A stretch of 64,000 nt of DNA from Candidatus Levyibacteriota bacterium (GTDB taxonomy: Bacteria; Patescibacteriota; Microgenomatia; Levybacterales; UBA12049), in contig CP066685.1 of assembly GCA_016432345.1 (NCBI GenBank), positions 48,236-112,235 of the forward strand, given 5' to 3'. Shown one piece after another: positions 28,744-37,800 of the stretch (the stretch's first letter is position 1; every line of letters starts with the position of its first letter). The translations under genes were made by a program, and so were the position numbers. The notes beneath the pieces were generated by a model. That model saw nothing but the letters and a program-made list of their open reading frames with translations, was not told the origin of the DNA and did no database searches.

Positions 28744-30927
28744 TCAAGGGTTCGAAGGTTTTTCGGGTTCGGGGTGAGGGCAGGACAAACAATAACGATC
28801 ACCTAAGGGATCGGTAATCACAATTTCGTCTCGTTCTTCAACATTGTCTGTTTGTCTTGGTTTAGTAAGATCATTTGTTGTTTTATCGATAAAAACTTTT
28901 TGTTTGCCAGGATCTACCTTTGTCGGCTCGGTGCCTTTGATAAAATATTCGTATCTAGTTGGGCAGCGATCTGCTGTTCCATCGGGTGGGGGAATAAGAC
29001 CAGATGTGGCACAAACAATTTTTCCCACAATATCGCTTGGCCGATCAGGCCAGGCAGACTTGGTATTTTTTAACAGCTCAACCATAATAGCATGCCAAAT
29101 GGGAGCAGCGCCGGTAACGCCAGACACCAAGTTGCCCATAGGAGTATTGTCGTTATTGCCTACCCACACACCAACCACAAAGTTTGGGGTATAGCCAAAT
29201 GTCCAGTTATCTCTAAAGTCATTGGTGGTTCCTGTTTTAACAGCTACTGTGGCATTGGGAATTCGAAGTTGTGAATTTGTACCAAAGGCCAGCTCCCTGG
29301 CGCCGTTATCTGACAGAATTTGCGAGATTATAAATGGAATGCCAGGATTAAACACTTTTTTGCCAAAAATTGGGCTTTTGGGAGGCTTATATTCTTCCAA
29401 AATTTTTCCGTCTTTGTCAGTTACTTTTAAAATTGAACGAAGAGGAATAAGATATCCTTGATTGGCAAAAACTCCATAAGCCTGCAACATTTGCAGCATT
29501 GTTACTTCTCCTCCGCCTAATGTTAGTGATAATCCATAGCGGCTGGCATTGGTAAAGGTGGTAATGCCCATGGCCGAGGAGGTGGCCATCATAGTTTCAA
29601 TGCCGTTATATTTAAGCACTTTAATAGCAGGGATATTAATAGAGCTTCCAAGTGCCTGTCGGAATTGAACAATGCCATGCCATTTGCCGTCATAATTTAG
29701 CGGGCAGTATTCTTTTTGTCCTGGGTTTGGAAAACACACTTTTTGATCAACAAAAGGAGTGGCAGCGGTAAGTCCTTTAACAAGCCCTGTTGCGTAGTTA
29801 ATTGGTTTAATTGCAGATCCTGGTTGTCTGTTGGAAAGTGTTACATTGACATTGCCGTCTATTTCGGTATCAAAGTAATCTTTACTTCCAACCATAGCTA
29901 AAATTTCGCCAGTTGCTGGATTTGTAACCATAGCGGCGCCATTACCAACATGCTGGTTTTTAAGTTTTGCAACCTCTGTTGCCACAGCGTCTTCGGTAAA
30001 GATTTGGATATTAAGATCAAGGCTTGTTTTTACTTTAAGACCTCCTTGTTCGGTAAGTCTTTGGCCGTATTTTTTACTAAGCAACTCTTTAGTATATAAA
30101 ACAAAGTGGGGAGCTTTTATGCTATTGGCGACTTTTTGTATATTTAGAGGTTCTATAATGGCATCTTCCATTTGTTTTTTTGTAATGTATTTTTGTTCAA
30201 ACATTTTTTGCAGGACATCTTCTTGTTTTTGCTTGGCAAGTTCGGGATGTGCGCCTTGAGGAGAAAATGTGGTTGGTGATTCTGGAAGTCCTGCCAACAA
30301 AGCGCTTTCGGAAAGATTTAACTCTCTGACATGTTTACCAAAGTAATTTTCAGAGGCCGCTTCAGCTCCCCAGGCAGTGCCTCCATAAGGAGATTGATTA
30401 AGATACATTTCTAAAATCTTGTTTTTGGGATACAAAATTTCTGTGGCAAATGCTAAAATAATCTCTTTAATTTTTCTGATGATAGTTCGTTCTTGGGTAA
30501 GAAGGCTATTTTTAACAAGCTGTTGGGTGATGGTTGACCCGCCTTGAATGACCTGTTTTCTTAAAAGATTTGCGTATACTGCGCGGAGAATACCTTTTAT
30601 ATCAATTGCGCCGTGTTTGTAGAAATCTTTGTCTTCTGTGGCAATTGTTGCTTGTTGTAAAAACACTGGAATATCGGAAATCGGGACAAATGTTTGGTTT
30701 TTTTGCGCATAAATAGTAAAAAGCAATTTGTCGTTTCTGTCAAAAATTTGAGTTGATTGAGGAATTTGATTGCTGCTTAACCATGTTGGGGATGGAAGAT
30801 CTTTTAATATAAATATATAAAAGGCTCCGCAAAACAAAGCAAGTAAAATGCCAAGCGCGCAAAATTTAACTGATTTTGCCGTAGTTTTTGGAATTTTTGA
30901 AGCAAACTGGCGGATTTTTTTCACCAT
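28744..30927 (-). CDS. Class A penicillin-binding protein (PBP1A family), second copy
   Basis: EDKDFYKHGAID, GGSTITQQL, SAIK and KTGTT. Confidence 0.9.
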   Translation of the reverse strand: MVKKIRQFASKIPKTTAKSVKFCALGILLALFCGAFYIFILKDLPSPTWLSSNQIPQSTQIFDRNDKLLFTIYAQKNQTFVPISDIPVFLQQATIATEDKDFYKHGAIDIKGILRAVYANLLRKQVIQGGSTITQQLVKNSLLTQERTIIRKIKEIILAFATEILYPKNKILEMYLNQSPYGGTAWGAEAASENYFGKHVRELNLSESALLAGLPESPTTFSPQGAHPELAKQKQEDVLQKMFEQKYITKKQMEDAIIEPLNIQKVANSIKAPHFVLYTKELLSKKYGQRLTEQGGLKVKTSLDLNIQIFTEDAVATEVAKLKNQHVGNGAAMVTNPATGEILAMVGSKDYFDTEIDGNVNVTLSNRQPGSAIKPINYATGLVKGLTAATPFVDQKVCFPNPGQKEYCPLNYDGKWHGIVQFRQALGSSINIPAIKVLKYNGIETMMATSSAMGITTFTNASRYGLSLTLGGGEVTMLQMLQAYGVFANQGYLIPLRSILKVTDKDGKILEEYKPPKSPIFGKKVFNPGIPFIISQILSDNGARELAFGTNSQLRIPNATVAVKTGTTNDFRDNWTFGYTPNFVVGVWVGNNDNTPMGNLVSGVTGAAPIWHAIMVELLKNTKSAWPDRPSDIVGKIVCATSGLIPPPDGTADRCPTRYEYFIKGTEPTKVDPGKQKVFIDKTTNDLTKPRQTDNVEERDEIVITDPLGDRYCLSCPHPEPEKPSNP

Positions 30928-30968
30928 CCTATGATAGCACGCAAGTAAGATTTATGGCAAGGAAGTCC

Positions 30969-30997
30969 TTGACAGTAAATTATATGTATGGTATACA
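30969..30997 (+). promoter_or_regulatory. Sigma70-like promoter of the vapBC pair
   Basis: TTGACA, 17 nt, TATACA, placed 8 nt upstream of the ATG at 31006. Confidence 0.4.
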
Positions 30998-31005
30998 TTA
31001 GACAT

Positions 31006-31242
31006 ATGATACGAACACAAGTGTATTTACCTAAAGAGCTCTATCAAGAAGTGCAGTTAGTAGCCAAGAAAGAGAGCAAAAAATCTGCTCAAGTAGTGCG
31101 CGATTTATTGAGCGAGGGATTAATAAGGCGTAAGAAAAAAGTAACGATTGGAGAGGCTTTTCTTGATCTAGCTAGCGTGGCCGTAAAAGGCGGTCCTCCT
31201 GATTTATCTACAAATCATGATAAGTATCTATATGAAGACTAA
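31006..31242 (+). CDS. Ribbon-helix-helix antitoxin (VapB-like)
   Basis: MIRTQVYLPKELYQEVQLVAKKESKKSAQVVRDLL is an RHH pattern. Located upstream of, and overlapping, the PIN gene. Confidence 0.7.
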   Translation: MIRTQVYLPKELYQEVQLVAKKESKKSAQVVRDLLSEGLIRRKKKVTIGEAFLDLASVAVKGGPPDLSTNHDKYLYED

Positions 31243-31654
31243 TAAAGCAGTTATTGCAGACACAAGTGGTCTAATTTCTCTTGTTTCGAAAGATGATAGT
31301 AATTATAAAGAAGCAATTTCAATTGGTAAAAGCCTCTCAAAAGTAGAAGGAAGAATTTATATCCCAACAGAGATTTTTGCTGAGACTATGAATGTTCTTG
31401 GCAAGAAAATTAATCATGCATCAGCAATAAGAGCAGCTAGAAAGATAGAGCGCTCGCCATTTTTTTTAATTGTGGATACTACGCATGAAATTAGAAGAAG
31501 CGCGCTAGATCAATTTGAAAAAATTTCAGAATCAATAAGCTTTACTGACTGTCTTGTTATGGCATGTGCGAATTTTTATGAGACAAAAGAAATTTTTGGT
31601 TTTGACGAAGCATTTCGGAAGAATGGATATAAACGGATTGGGATTGATAAGTAA
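31217..31654 (+). CDS. vapC: PIN-domain toxin VapC
   Basis: VIADTSGLISL (first acidic residue), EIFAET and SFTDCLVMA. An alternative ATG lies at 31232. Confidence 0.8.
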   Translation: MISIYMKTNKAVIADTSGLISLVSKDDSNYKEAISIGKSLSKVEGRIYIPTEIFAETMNVLGKKINHASAIRAARKIERSPFFLIVDTTHEIRRSALDQFEKISESISFTDCLVMACANFYETKEIFGFDEAFRKNGYKRIGIDK

Positions 31655-31887
31655 GGTGTCAATACCTGTACACCTTTCAAGTGTCGCCTCAGGTTCATCT
31701 AATTTTTTTCAAAAACCTGATATTTATTTGAAGATATTGTTTCATAGGGTAGTATGAATTCACCTTTTGATGATTCATCCTTTATGAAGTATTCAAAATA
31801 ATCTTCATTGAGTGAAAATTTAATCTCGTTTTTCCCTTTTTTCTGATGAAACTTCATATATTAGTGATTGTATTTTATACTAAAAAA

Positions 31888-31925
31888 CAAAACGCAACAA
31901 GAGTAACTTGTTGTAAGCGTTTTTC
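31888..31925 (+). terminator. Possible bidirectional intrinsic terminator
   Basis: AAAACGCAACAAG-AGTAA-CTTGTTGTAAGCGTTTTT is a hairpin flanked by A and T runs. The stem is AT-rich. Confidence 0.3.
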
Positions 31926-31945
31926 ATATGCTATACTCAACATAT

Positions 31946-32977
31946 ATGATCAGGGTGGTAATAAATGGGTATGGACGGATTGGGCGGGTGGCGCATCGGG
32001 TGATTTTGGAGAAGCACTCATCCGAAATTGAAGTAGTGGCTATAAATGCCGGGTCGTCTACTGATATTAAAGGGTGGATGTATTTACTCAAGTACGATTC
32101 CGTATACGGATCACTCAAAAATTCAGAATTCAGAATTCAGAATTCAGAATTAAAAGATAGTATTGGCACGTTTGTGATTAATGGTAAGGAAATTCCTGTT
32201 TTCTCACAGAAAGATCCAAGTCTTTTACCCTGGAAAGATTTACAAGTTGATGTGGTTTTGGAATGCACAGGGAAACTAACAACAGAAGAAAAACTTAAAA
32301 GCCATATTACTGCTGGAGCAAAAGCAGTGGTGTTATCGGCTCCAGTCAAAGAAGGCGACATTAGTACCTATGTTTTGTCTGTTAATGCCAATGATTATAA
32401 AAACGAAAATTTAATTAGCAATGCTTCTTGTACTACAAACTGCATCGCTTCTGTTGCAAAAGTAATTTTAGATAATTTTGGGATCGAAAAAGCCATGATG
32501 ACCACCATTCACGGGTACACATCTGACCAGCGTTTGCACGATGGAGGACACAAGGATTACCGTCGGGCAAGAGCAGCAGCCCTAAACATTATTCCAACCT
32601 CAACAGGCGCCACCAAAGCTGCAGCCAAAACCATACCAGAGCTTAAAGATAAATTCACCGGCCTGGCCATTCGCGTGCCTGTTGCGGTTGGTTCGTTGTC
32701 TGATTTTACTTTTTTAGTTTCCAAAAATACTACCAAAGAAGAAATTAATGAGGTTCTTAAAAAAGCAGCTAAAGATGCCAAATATAAAGGTATATTAGAT
32801 GTAACAGAAGATCCAATTGTGTCAAGCGATATTATTGGTAGTAGCTACTCATCAATTGTAGATTTATCGCTAACTCAAGTAGTTGGAGGAAATATGATTA
32901 AAGTAATTGCTTGGTATGACAATGAATGGGGATACGCAAATAGGTTGGTTGAAGAAGCAATCATGGTTGGAAAATGA
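31946..32977 (+). CDS. gap: Glyceraldehyde-3-phosphate dehydrogenase
   Basis: VINGYGRIGR, the active site ASCTTNCIA and WYDNEWGY. ATG at 31946 is preferred. Confidence 0.9.
   Translation: MIRVVINGYGRIGRVAHRVILEKHSSEIEVVAINAGSSTDIKGWMYLLKYDSVYGSLKNSEFRIQNSELKDSIGTFVINGKEIPVFSQKDPSLLPWKDLQVDVVLECTGKLTTEEKLKSHITAGAKAVVLSAPVKEGDISTYVLSVNANDYKNENLISNASCTTNCIASVAKVILDNFGIEKAMMTTIHGYTSDQRLHDGGHKDYRRARAAALNIIPTSTGATKAAAKTIPELKDKFTGLAIRVPVAVGSLSDFTFLVSKNTTKEEINEVLKKAAKDAKYKGILDVTEDPIVSSDIIGSSYSSIVDLSLTQVVGGNMIKVIAWYDNEWGYANRLVEEAIMVGK
32120..32151 (+). repeat. Tandem heptanucleotide repeat (AATTCAG)x4.5 inside gap
   Basis: Period-7 tract of 32 bp. Encodes NSEFRIQNSEL in a loop that is about 8 aa longer than in the E. 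coli and B. subtilis GapA sequences I recall. Confidence 0.9.
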
Positions 32978-33558
32978 TTCCTATTGATTTAGCAAACATC
33001 CGAAATATTACCGTTTCTGGAAGGATTGGCGCCGGAACTACAACCCTTGCCAAAGGTCTTGCCGATGCGCTTGGATGGGAGGTTTTTGAAGGAGGAGAAA
33101 TTTTTGCTCAAATTCACCAGAGTTTAAAACTAAGCGAACTTGAGGTAAGCGGCAGGCCTGATAGTTTTGATGTTGAATACGAAGAAAAGATAAAAGAAAT
33201 GTTAAAAGATAAGAAACATCAAGTTATTCAAAGTCATCTTAGCGGATTTGACGCGCAGGGAATAGATGGTGTGTTTAAGATTCTTGTTTTGTGCGAAGAT
33301 GATAAAGGAAATGATAAAATAGATATTAGAATAGATCGCTTGGTCAATAGAAGAAAGATTTCGGTTGAAGAGGCAAAAGAAGAGGTACGGCTTAGAGAAG
33401 AAGAAAATCTTACAAAATGGCGGCGTTTATATGCCAATAGTGATAAAAATTGGATAAATTGGGATAAAAAGTATTATGATTTGGTAATAAATACCTATAT
33501 TAATAATCCGCAGCAGTCACTAGCAATAGCTCTTAAAGCAATAGGTTATATAGATTGA
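32974..33558 (+). CDS. Cytidylate kinase-like P-loop NTPase
   Basis: ITVSGRIGAGTTTLAKGLADALG P-loop. Size and layout resemble archaeal-type CMP kinase family proteins. Confidence 0.55.
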   Translation: MIPIDLANIRNITVSGRIGAGTTTLAKGLADALGWEVFEGGEIFAQIHQSLKLSELEVSGRPDSFDVEYEEKIKEMLKDKKHQVIQSHLSGFDAQGIDGVFKILVLCEDDKGNDKIDIRIDRLVNRRKISVEEAKEEVRLREEENLTKWRRLYANSDKNWINWDKKYYDLVINTYINNPQQSLAIALKAIGYID

Positions 33559-33590
33559 CAAAAATAGTTTAAAGGGAGATATTTGGCAAT

Positions 33591-34142
33591 ATGAAAAGGA
33601 TACTTATTTTTTTTCTTTTCTTTTTTATTGTTACAGTGCAAGCAGCCTTTGCCCAGGAGATAATATCAACAAATGCCGCAACAGCGGCAATTACGCCAAC
33701 TCCTGTTGAGTACCAATTACCATATCCCGGCCTTTTGCCAGACAGCCCATTGTATTTTTTAAAGGTATTTAGAGATAGACTGATTGATTTTTTAGTATCA
33801 GACCCTCTAAAAAAGGCAGAACTTCAGTTGTTGCAGGCAGATAAGCGTTTGTCTTCTGGACAGGCGCTTTTTGGGAAGGGGAAAAAAGATCTTGCTGAAT
33901 CCACAATTTCCAAAGGAGAAAATTACTTTGAAAGCGGCATAGAAAAATTAATTGATGCCAAAAAACAAAGATTTGATACAAAACATCTTGAGAGAAAATT
34001 TTCAATATCTGTAAGAGTGCACAAAGAAATTATATCTGGTCTTGAAAAAGAGACAACAGGAGATATTAAGAAAAAATTGCAGGATACAAAGAAGAGAGTT
34101 GCGGAGTTTGAAAAAAAGGTTAATCAATTTGGGTCTAATTAA
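33591..34142 (+). CDS. Secreted DUF5667-like protein
   Basis: Signal peptide, then LPDSPLYFLKVFRDRLIDFL, characteristic of DUF5667 proteins common in CPR. Confidence 0.5.
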   Translation: MKRILIFFLFFFIVTVQAAFAQEIISTNAATAAITPTPVEYQLPYPGLLPDSPLYFLKVFRDRLIDFLVSDPLKKAELQLLQADKRLSSGQALFGKGKKDLAESTISKGENYFESGIEKLIDAKKQRFDTKHLERKFSISVRVHKEIISGLEKETTGDIKKKLQDTKKRVAEFEKKVNQFGSN

Positions 34143-34271
34143 AAGCATAAATTATTACAATTGTATTCTTTTCTTAATCACCAAAAGCAAGGCAGTTTTG
34201 ATTTTCCAGGAAAAATAAAGAAATTGAGGCTAAGTAAAAGGGTTGCATAATTTTGATCTAGTTATTTCTAG

Positions 34272-34300
34272 TTGACACTGCAGATGTAGTGTCATATTCT
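34272..34300 (+). promoter_or_regulatory. Putative nrdR-nrdJ promoter
   Basis: TTGACA, 17 nt, TATTCT. Overlaps NrdR box 1. Confidence 0.4.
34274..34293 (+). promoter_or_regulatory. NrdR box 1 (atypical, 2 bp wider)
   Basis: GACACTGCAGATGTAGTGTC has palindromic arms GACACT/AGTGTC. Its centre is 32 bp from the centre of box 2. Confidence 0.5.
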
Positions 34301-34307
34301 TGATTTT

Positions 34308-34323
34308 GCACTATATATAGCGT
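34308..34323 (+). promoter_or_regulatory. NrdR box 2
   Basis: GCACTATATATAGCGT compared with the published consensus acaCwAtATaTwGtgt. Confidence 0.7.
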
Positions 34324-34409
34324 TTAGAAACTAGCGTTCAGCGTCTAGTTATACTATAATAATAACTAAAATAATAACTAAGCGCTAGACTCTAATAACT
34401 AAACGCTAA
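34317..34409. repeat. Heptad-repeat element, copy E (degenerate, in the nrdR leader)
   Basis: ATAGCGTTTAGAAACTAGCGTTCAGCGTCTAG ... AAGCGCTAGACTCTAATAACTAAACGCTAA. Confidence 0.5.
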
Positions 34410-34412
34410 CGT

Positions 34413-34862
34413 ATGAGGTGTCCATATTGCGGCAGTCGAGAGACAGAGGTGGTTGAAACCAGAGACAGCGAAGATTTGGAGATAATTCGCCGAAGACGGG
34501 CGTGTGTTGCTTGCGAAAAGCGATTTACCACATACGAGCGGGTAGAAAATTTCCATCTTATTGTCATTAAAAAAGATGGAAAAAGGGAACAGTTTGGTAG
34601 AGATAAATTGCGAAACGGTATTATACGGGCATGTGAGAAAACAACAGTACCAATTGAGGAGATAGATAAAATTGTTACGGAAGTTGAGCGGGAGTTAAGG
34701 ACAGGGGAAGCAATAGAAATAGAAAGCAAAAAAATTGGACAAATGATAGCCGATAAACTGAAAAAAATAGATAAGGTGGCGTATATTAGGTTTGCCAGTG
34801 TATTTAAAAGATTTGTCGATGTTGAGGATTTTGAAAAAGAAGTCCAGAAACTGATTAAATAA
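34413..34862 (+). CDS. nrdR: Transcriptional repressor NrdR
   Basis: MRCPYCGSRETEVVETRDSED...RRRRACVACEKRFTTYERVE is a zinc ribbon followed by an ATP-cone. Confidence 0.9.
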   Translation: MRCPYCGSRETEVVETRDSEDLEIIRRRRACVACEKRFTTYERVENFHLIVIKKDGKREQFGRDKLRNGIIRACEKTTVPIEEIDKIVTEVERELRTGEAIEIESKKIGQMIADKLKKIDKVAYIRFASVFKRFVDVEDFEKEVQKLIK

Positions 34863-34863
34863 T

Positions 34864-37800
34864 ATGAAATTAGAAGGAATTAGAGAAAAAGTATTTTTAG
34901 ATAGGTATTCCTTAAAAGATAAGGAAGGTAAACCAGTAGAAAAAACTCCAGAGGAAATGTGGCGTCGTGTTGCAAAGGGAGTTGCAAAAGTTGAAAAGCC
35001 AAAACTTCGTAAAGTGTGGGAAGACAAGTTTTATAAAGCCATGGAATATTTTAAATTTGTTCCAGGGGGCAGGGTTTTGGCAGGCGCGGGCACTGGGTAT
35101 GCAGTAACATTCTATAATTGTTTCGTTATCCCTTCTCCCAAAGACTCCAGGGGTGGCATTTTAGACACTTTAAAACAAATGGTGGAGATTATGGCACACG
35201 GCGGTGGAGTGGGTATTAATTTGTCGTCTCTTAGGCCCCGAGGATTTAGAGTCAAAAAAGTCAATGGTTTTTCTTCTGGTCCTTGCAACTGGGCAGAGCT
35301 TTTTTCGGTTGCCACCAAAGATATTATCCAGCAAGGGGGGAGCCGGCGCGGGGCTTTAATGCTAATGCTGTGGGATTGGCATCCAGATATCGAGGAATTT
35401 ATTACTGTCAAGCAGGATTTAACCCGCATTAATGGTGCAAATTTGTCGGTTTGCGCCTCGGATGAATTTATGGAGGCAGTCAAAAAAGATGCAGATTGGG
35501 ATTTGATTTTCCCCGATACAACGGATCCAGAGTACGACGAAAAGTGGGATGGTATTATGGCTAATTGGAAAAAGATGGGTAAGAAAGTTAAAGTTTATAA
35601 AACAGTCAAAGCCAGACACTTGTGGGATCTTATTTGTAAAGCTGCCTGGACAAGTGCCGAGCCAGGACTGGTTTTTATGGAGCGTTACAACAAATGGTAT
35701 AACAACTGGTACTGGAATACCATTAATTGTGTTAATCCATGCGTAACTGGAGATACGTTGGTTTCCACAACCAATGGTTTGCAGTCCATGAGAAAACTCT
35801 ACGATGGTGGTATGCCATTTAGAGTGGTAGTTGATGGAAAACATTATTTGTCTACTCATGTTAAGTTAACCGGCGTAAAGCCTGTATATAAGCTTAAAAC
35901 CCGCGAAGGATACGAGCTGCGGTTGACAGAAGATCATAAAGTCTTTACTACGAATGGTAAAAAGGAAGCAGGAAAGCTGGTAGCAGGAGAAAAAATTCTT
36001 TTATCTGCAGGTGGCGCTTTTGGAACGGTTGGTACATTAGATGAAGGACGAGTGTTAGGATGGTTGGTGGGAGATGGATCAATGAAAGAAGATGTGGCAA
36101 CGCTCTTTTTCTATAGAAAAGAAAAGCAAGAGCTCGCCCCACAATTTGCTTTGATGGTTGAAAAAATGGTTGAGGGGGAACAAGTAGTTGCAAGGTCATA
36201 TCCAGTAGCTCCTCAATATGTTGAGAAAGAAGATAAGGCAGTTGTCGAGTCGGTAAGATTGTGGAGAATAGCAAATAGGTATGGTATAACACATGCAAAT
36301 AAATATGTTGTCCCGGAAAAAATCTTTGAAGGAGCCGAGGAATTTCAGCGAGGATTTTTGCAGGGTCTTTTTTCAAGCGATGGGAGCGTGCAGGGGACAG
36401 TGCAAAAGGGTGTAAGTGTTAGATTGACATCTATTAGTAGAGAACTTCTTGTTGGCGCACAAAAACTGCTTCTTAATTTTGGTATTGTCAGTAAATTGTA
36501 TGAAAATAGACGAGTCGCGCAATCTAGATTTTTGCCAGACGGTAAAGGAGGCAGCAAAGAGTATATGTGTAAAGCCTATCATGAGTTGGTTGTTGCCAAA
36601 GATAGTCTTATTGCCTATGCAGCACTGGTCGGTTTTTTACAAGAGGAAAAACAAGAGAAACTTCGAACACTATTATCTTTGTATAAAGAAGGTCCATATA
36701 AACAGCCTTTTGTGGCAACGTTCTCCTCTCTCAAGGCAGGGGGTGTTGAAGAGGTGTTTGATATAACTGTTTCAGATATCCATAGATTTTCTGCAAATGG
36801 TCTTGTTGTTTCTAATTGCGGTGAAGAGGGATTACCGGCGTGGGGCGTTTGCAACCTTGCCTCTCTTAATTTATCAGCGTTTGTTAAGGGGTATACACTT
36901 GATAAACCGGGGACGTTTGATTATGAAAGTTTGGCAGAGCATGCCCGAATTGGCGTAAGGTTTCAAGATGATGTGGTGGATGCCGACCAGTATGTGTACC
37001 CGCAGATTAAAGAGATGCAGCTTAATGGCGAACGACGCATTGGGCTTGGAACACTAGGTTTGGCAGACGCTTTAATTAAAATGCATCTTCGTTATGGGAG
37101 TGCCGAGGCCCAAAAAGTGGTTGATAAAATCTACCAGACCATCCGCGATGCAGCATATGATGAATCAATTAACATTGCCAAAGAAAAAGGAGCATTCCCC
37201 AAGATTAATGTTAAAAAGCATCTTCTGGGGTATTTTATAAAACAGTTGCCAGAGGGAGTAAAGAAGAAAATGCAAAAGTACGGGGTAAGAAATTCCATGT
37301 TGCTTCAGGCTGCGCCAACCGGCACAACAAGTTTACTTTCTGGGGCATCATCTGGTGTTGAACCTGTTTATGAATTTGAATACACCCATAATGGTCGTTT
37401 GGGCAAACAAACCGTTTTTCATTCGCTCTACGGCGAATGGAAAAAGGCTCACCCAGATGCAAAAAGACCAGACTACTTTGTTGGTGCCAACGATTTAACG
37501 CCAGAAGACCATGTCAAAATTCAGGCCACAGTCCAGAAATATGTCGACGCCTCCATCTCTAAAACTGTGAATGCTCCAAATGCCCATACAGTTGAGGATG
37601 TGAAGAAACTCTATATGATGGCATACGACGCAGGCTGCAAAGGGATTACCTATATGCGGGATGGGAGTAGATTAGGTGTTTTACAGCGGGTAGAGGAGCC
37701 AAGCGTTTCCCAGCCAGCAATTATGAAGCGCCCGATTATGGTCCAGGGCGTTACATACCAAACTAATACTCCTGTTGGTGAAGCATTTGTTACTATCAAT

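Noticed and set aside
31699-31857. 52-aa minus-strand ORF (MKFHQKKGKNEIKFSLNEDYFEYFIKDESSKGEF...) between vapC and gap
   Set aside because: It is too short, has no motif and no obvious ribosome-binding site. It is possibly a gene fragment, and there is not enough support to call it.
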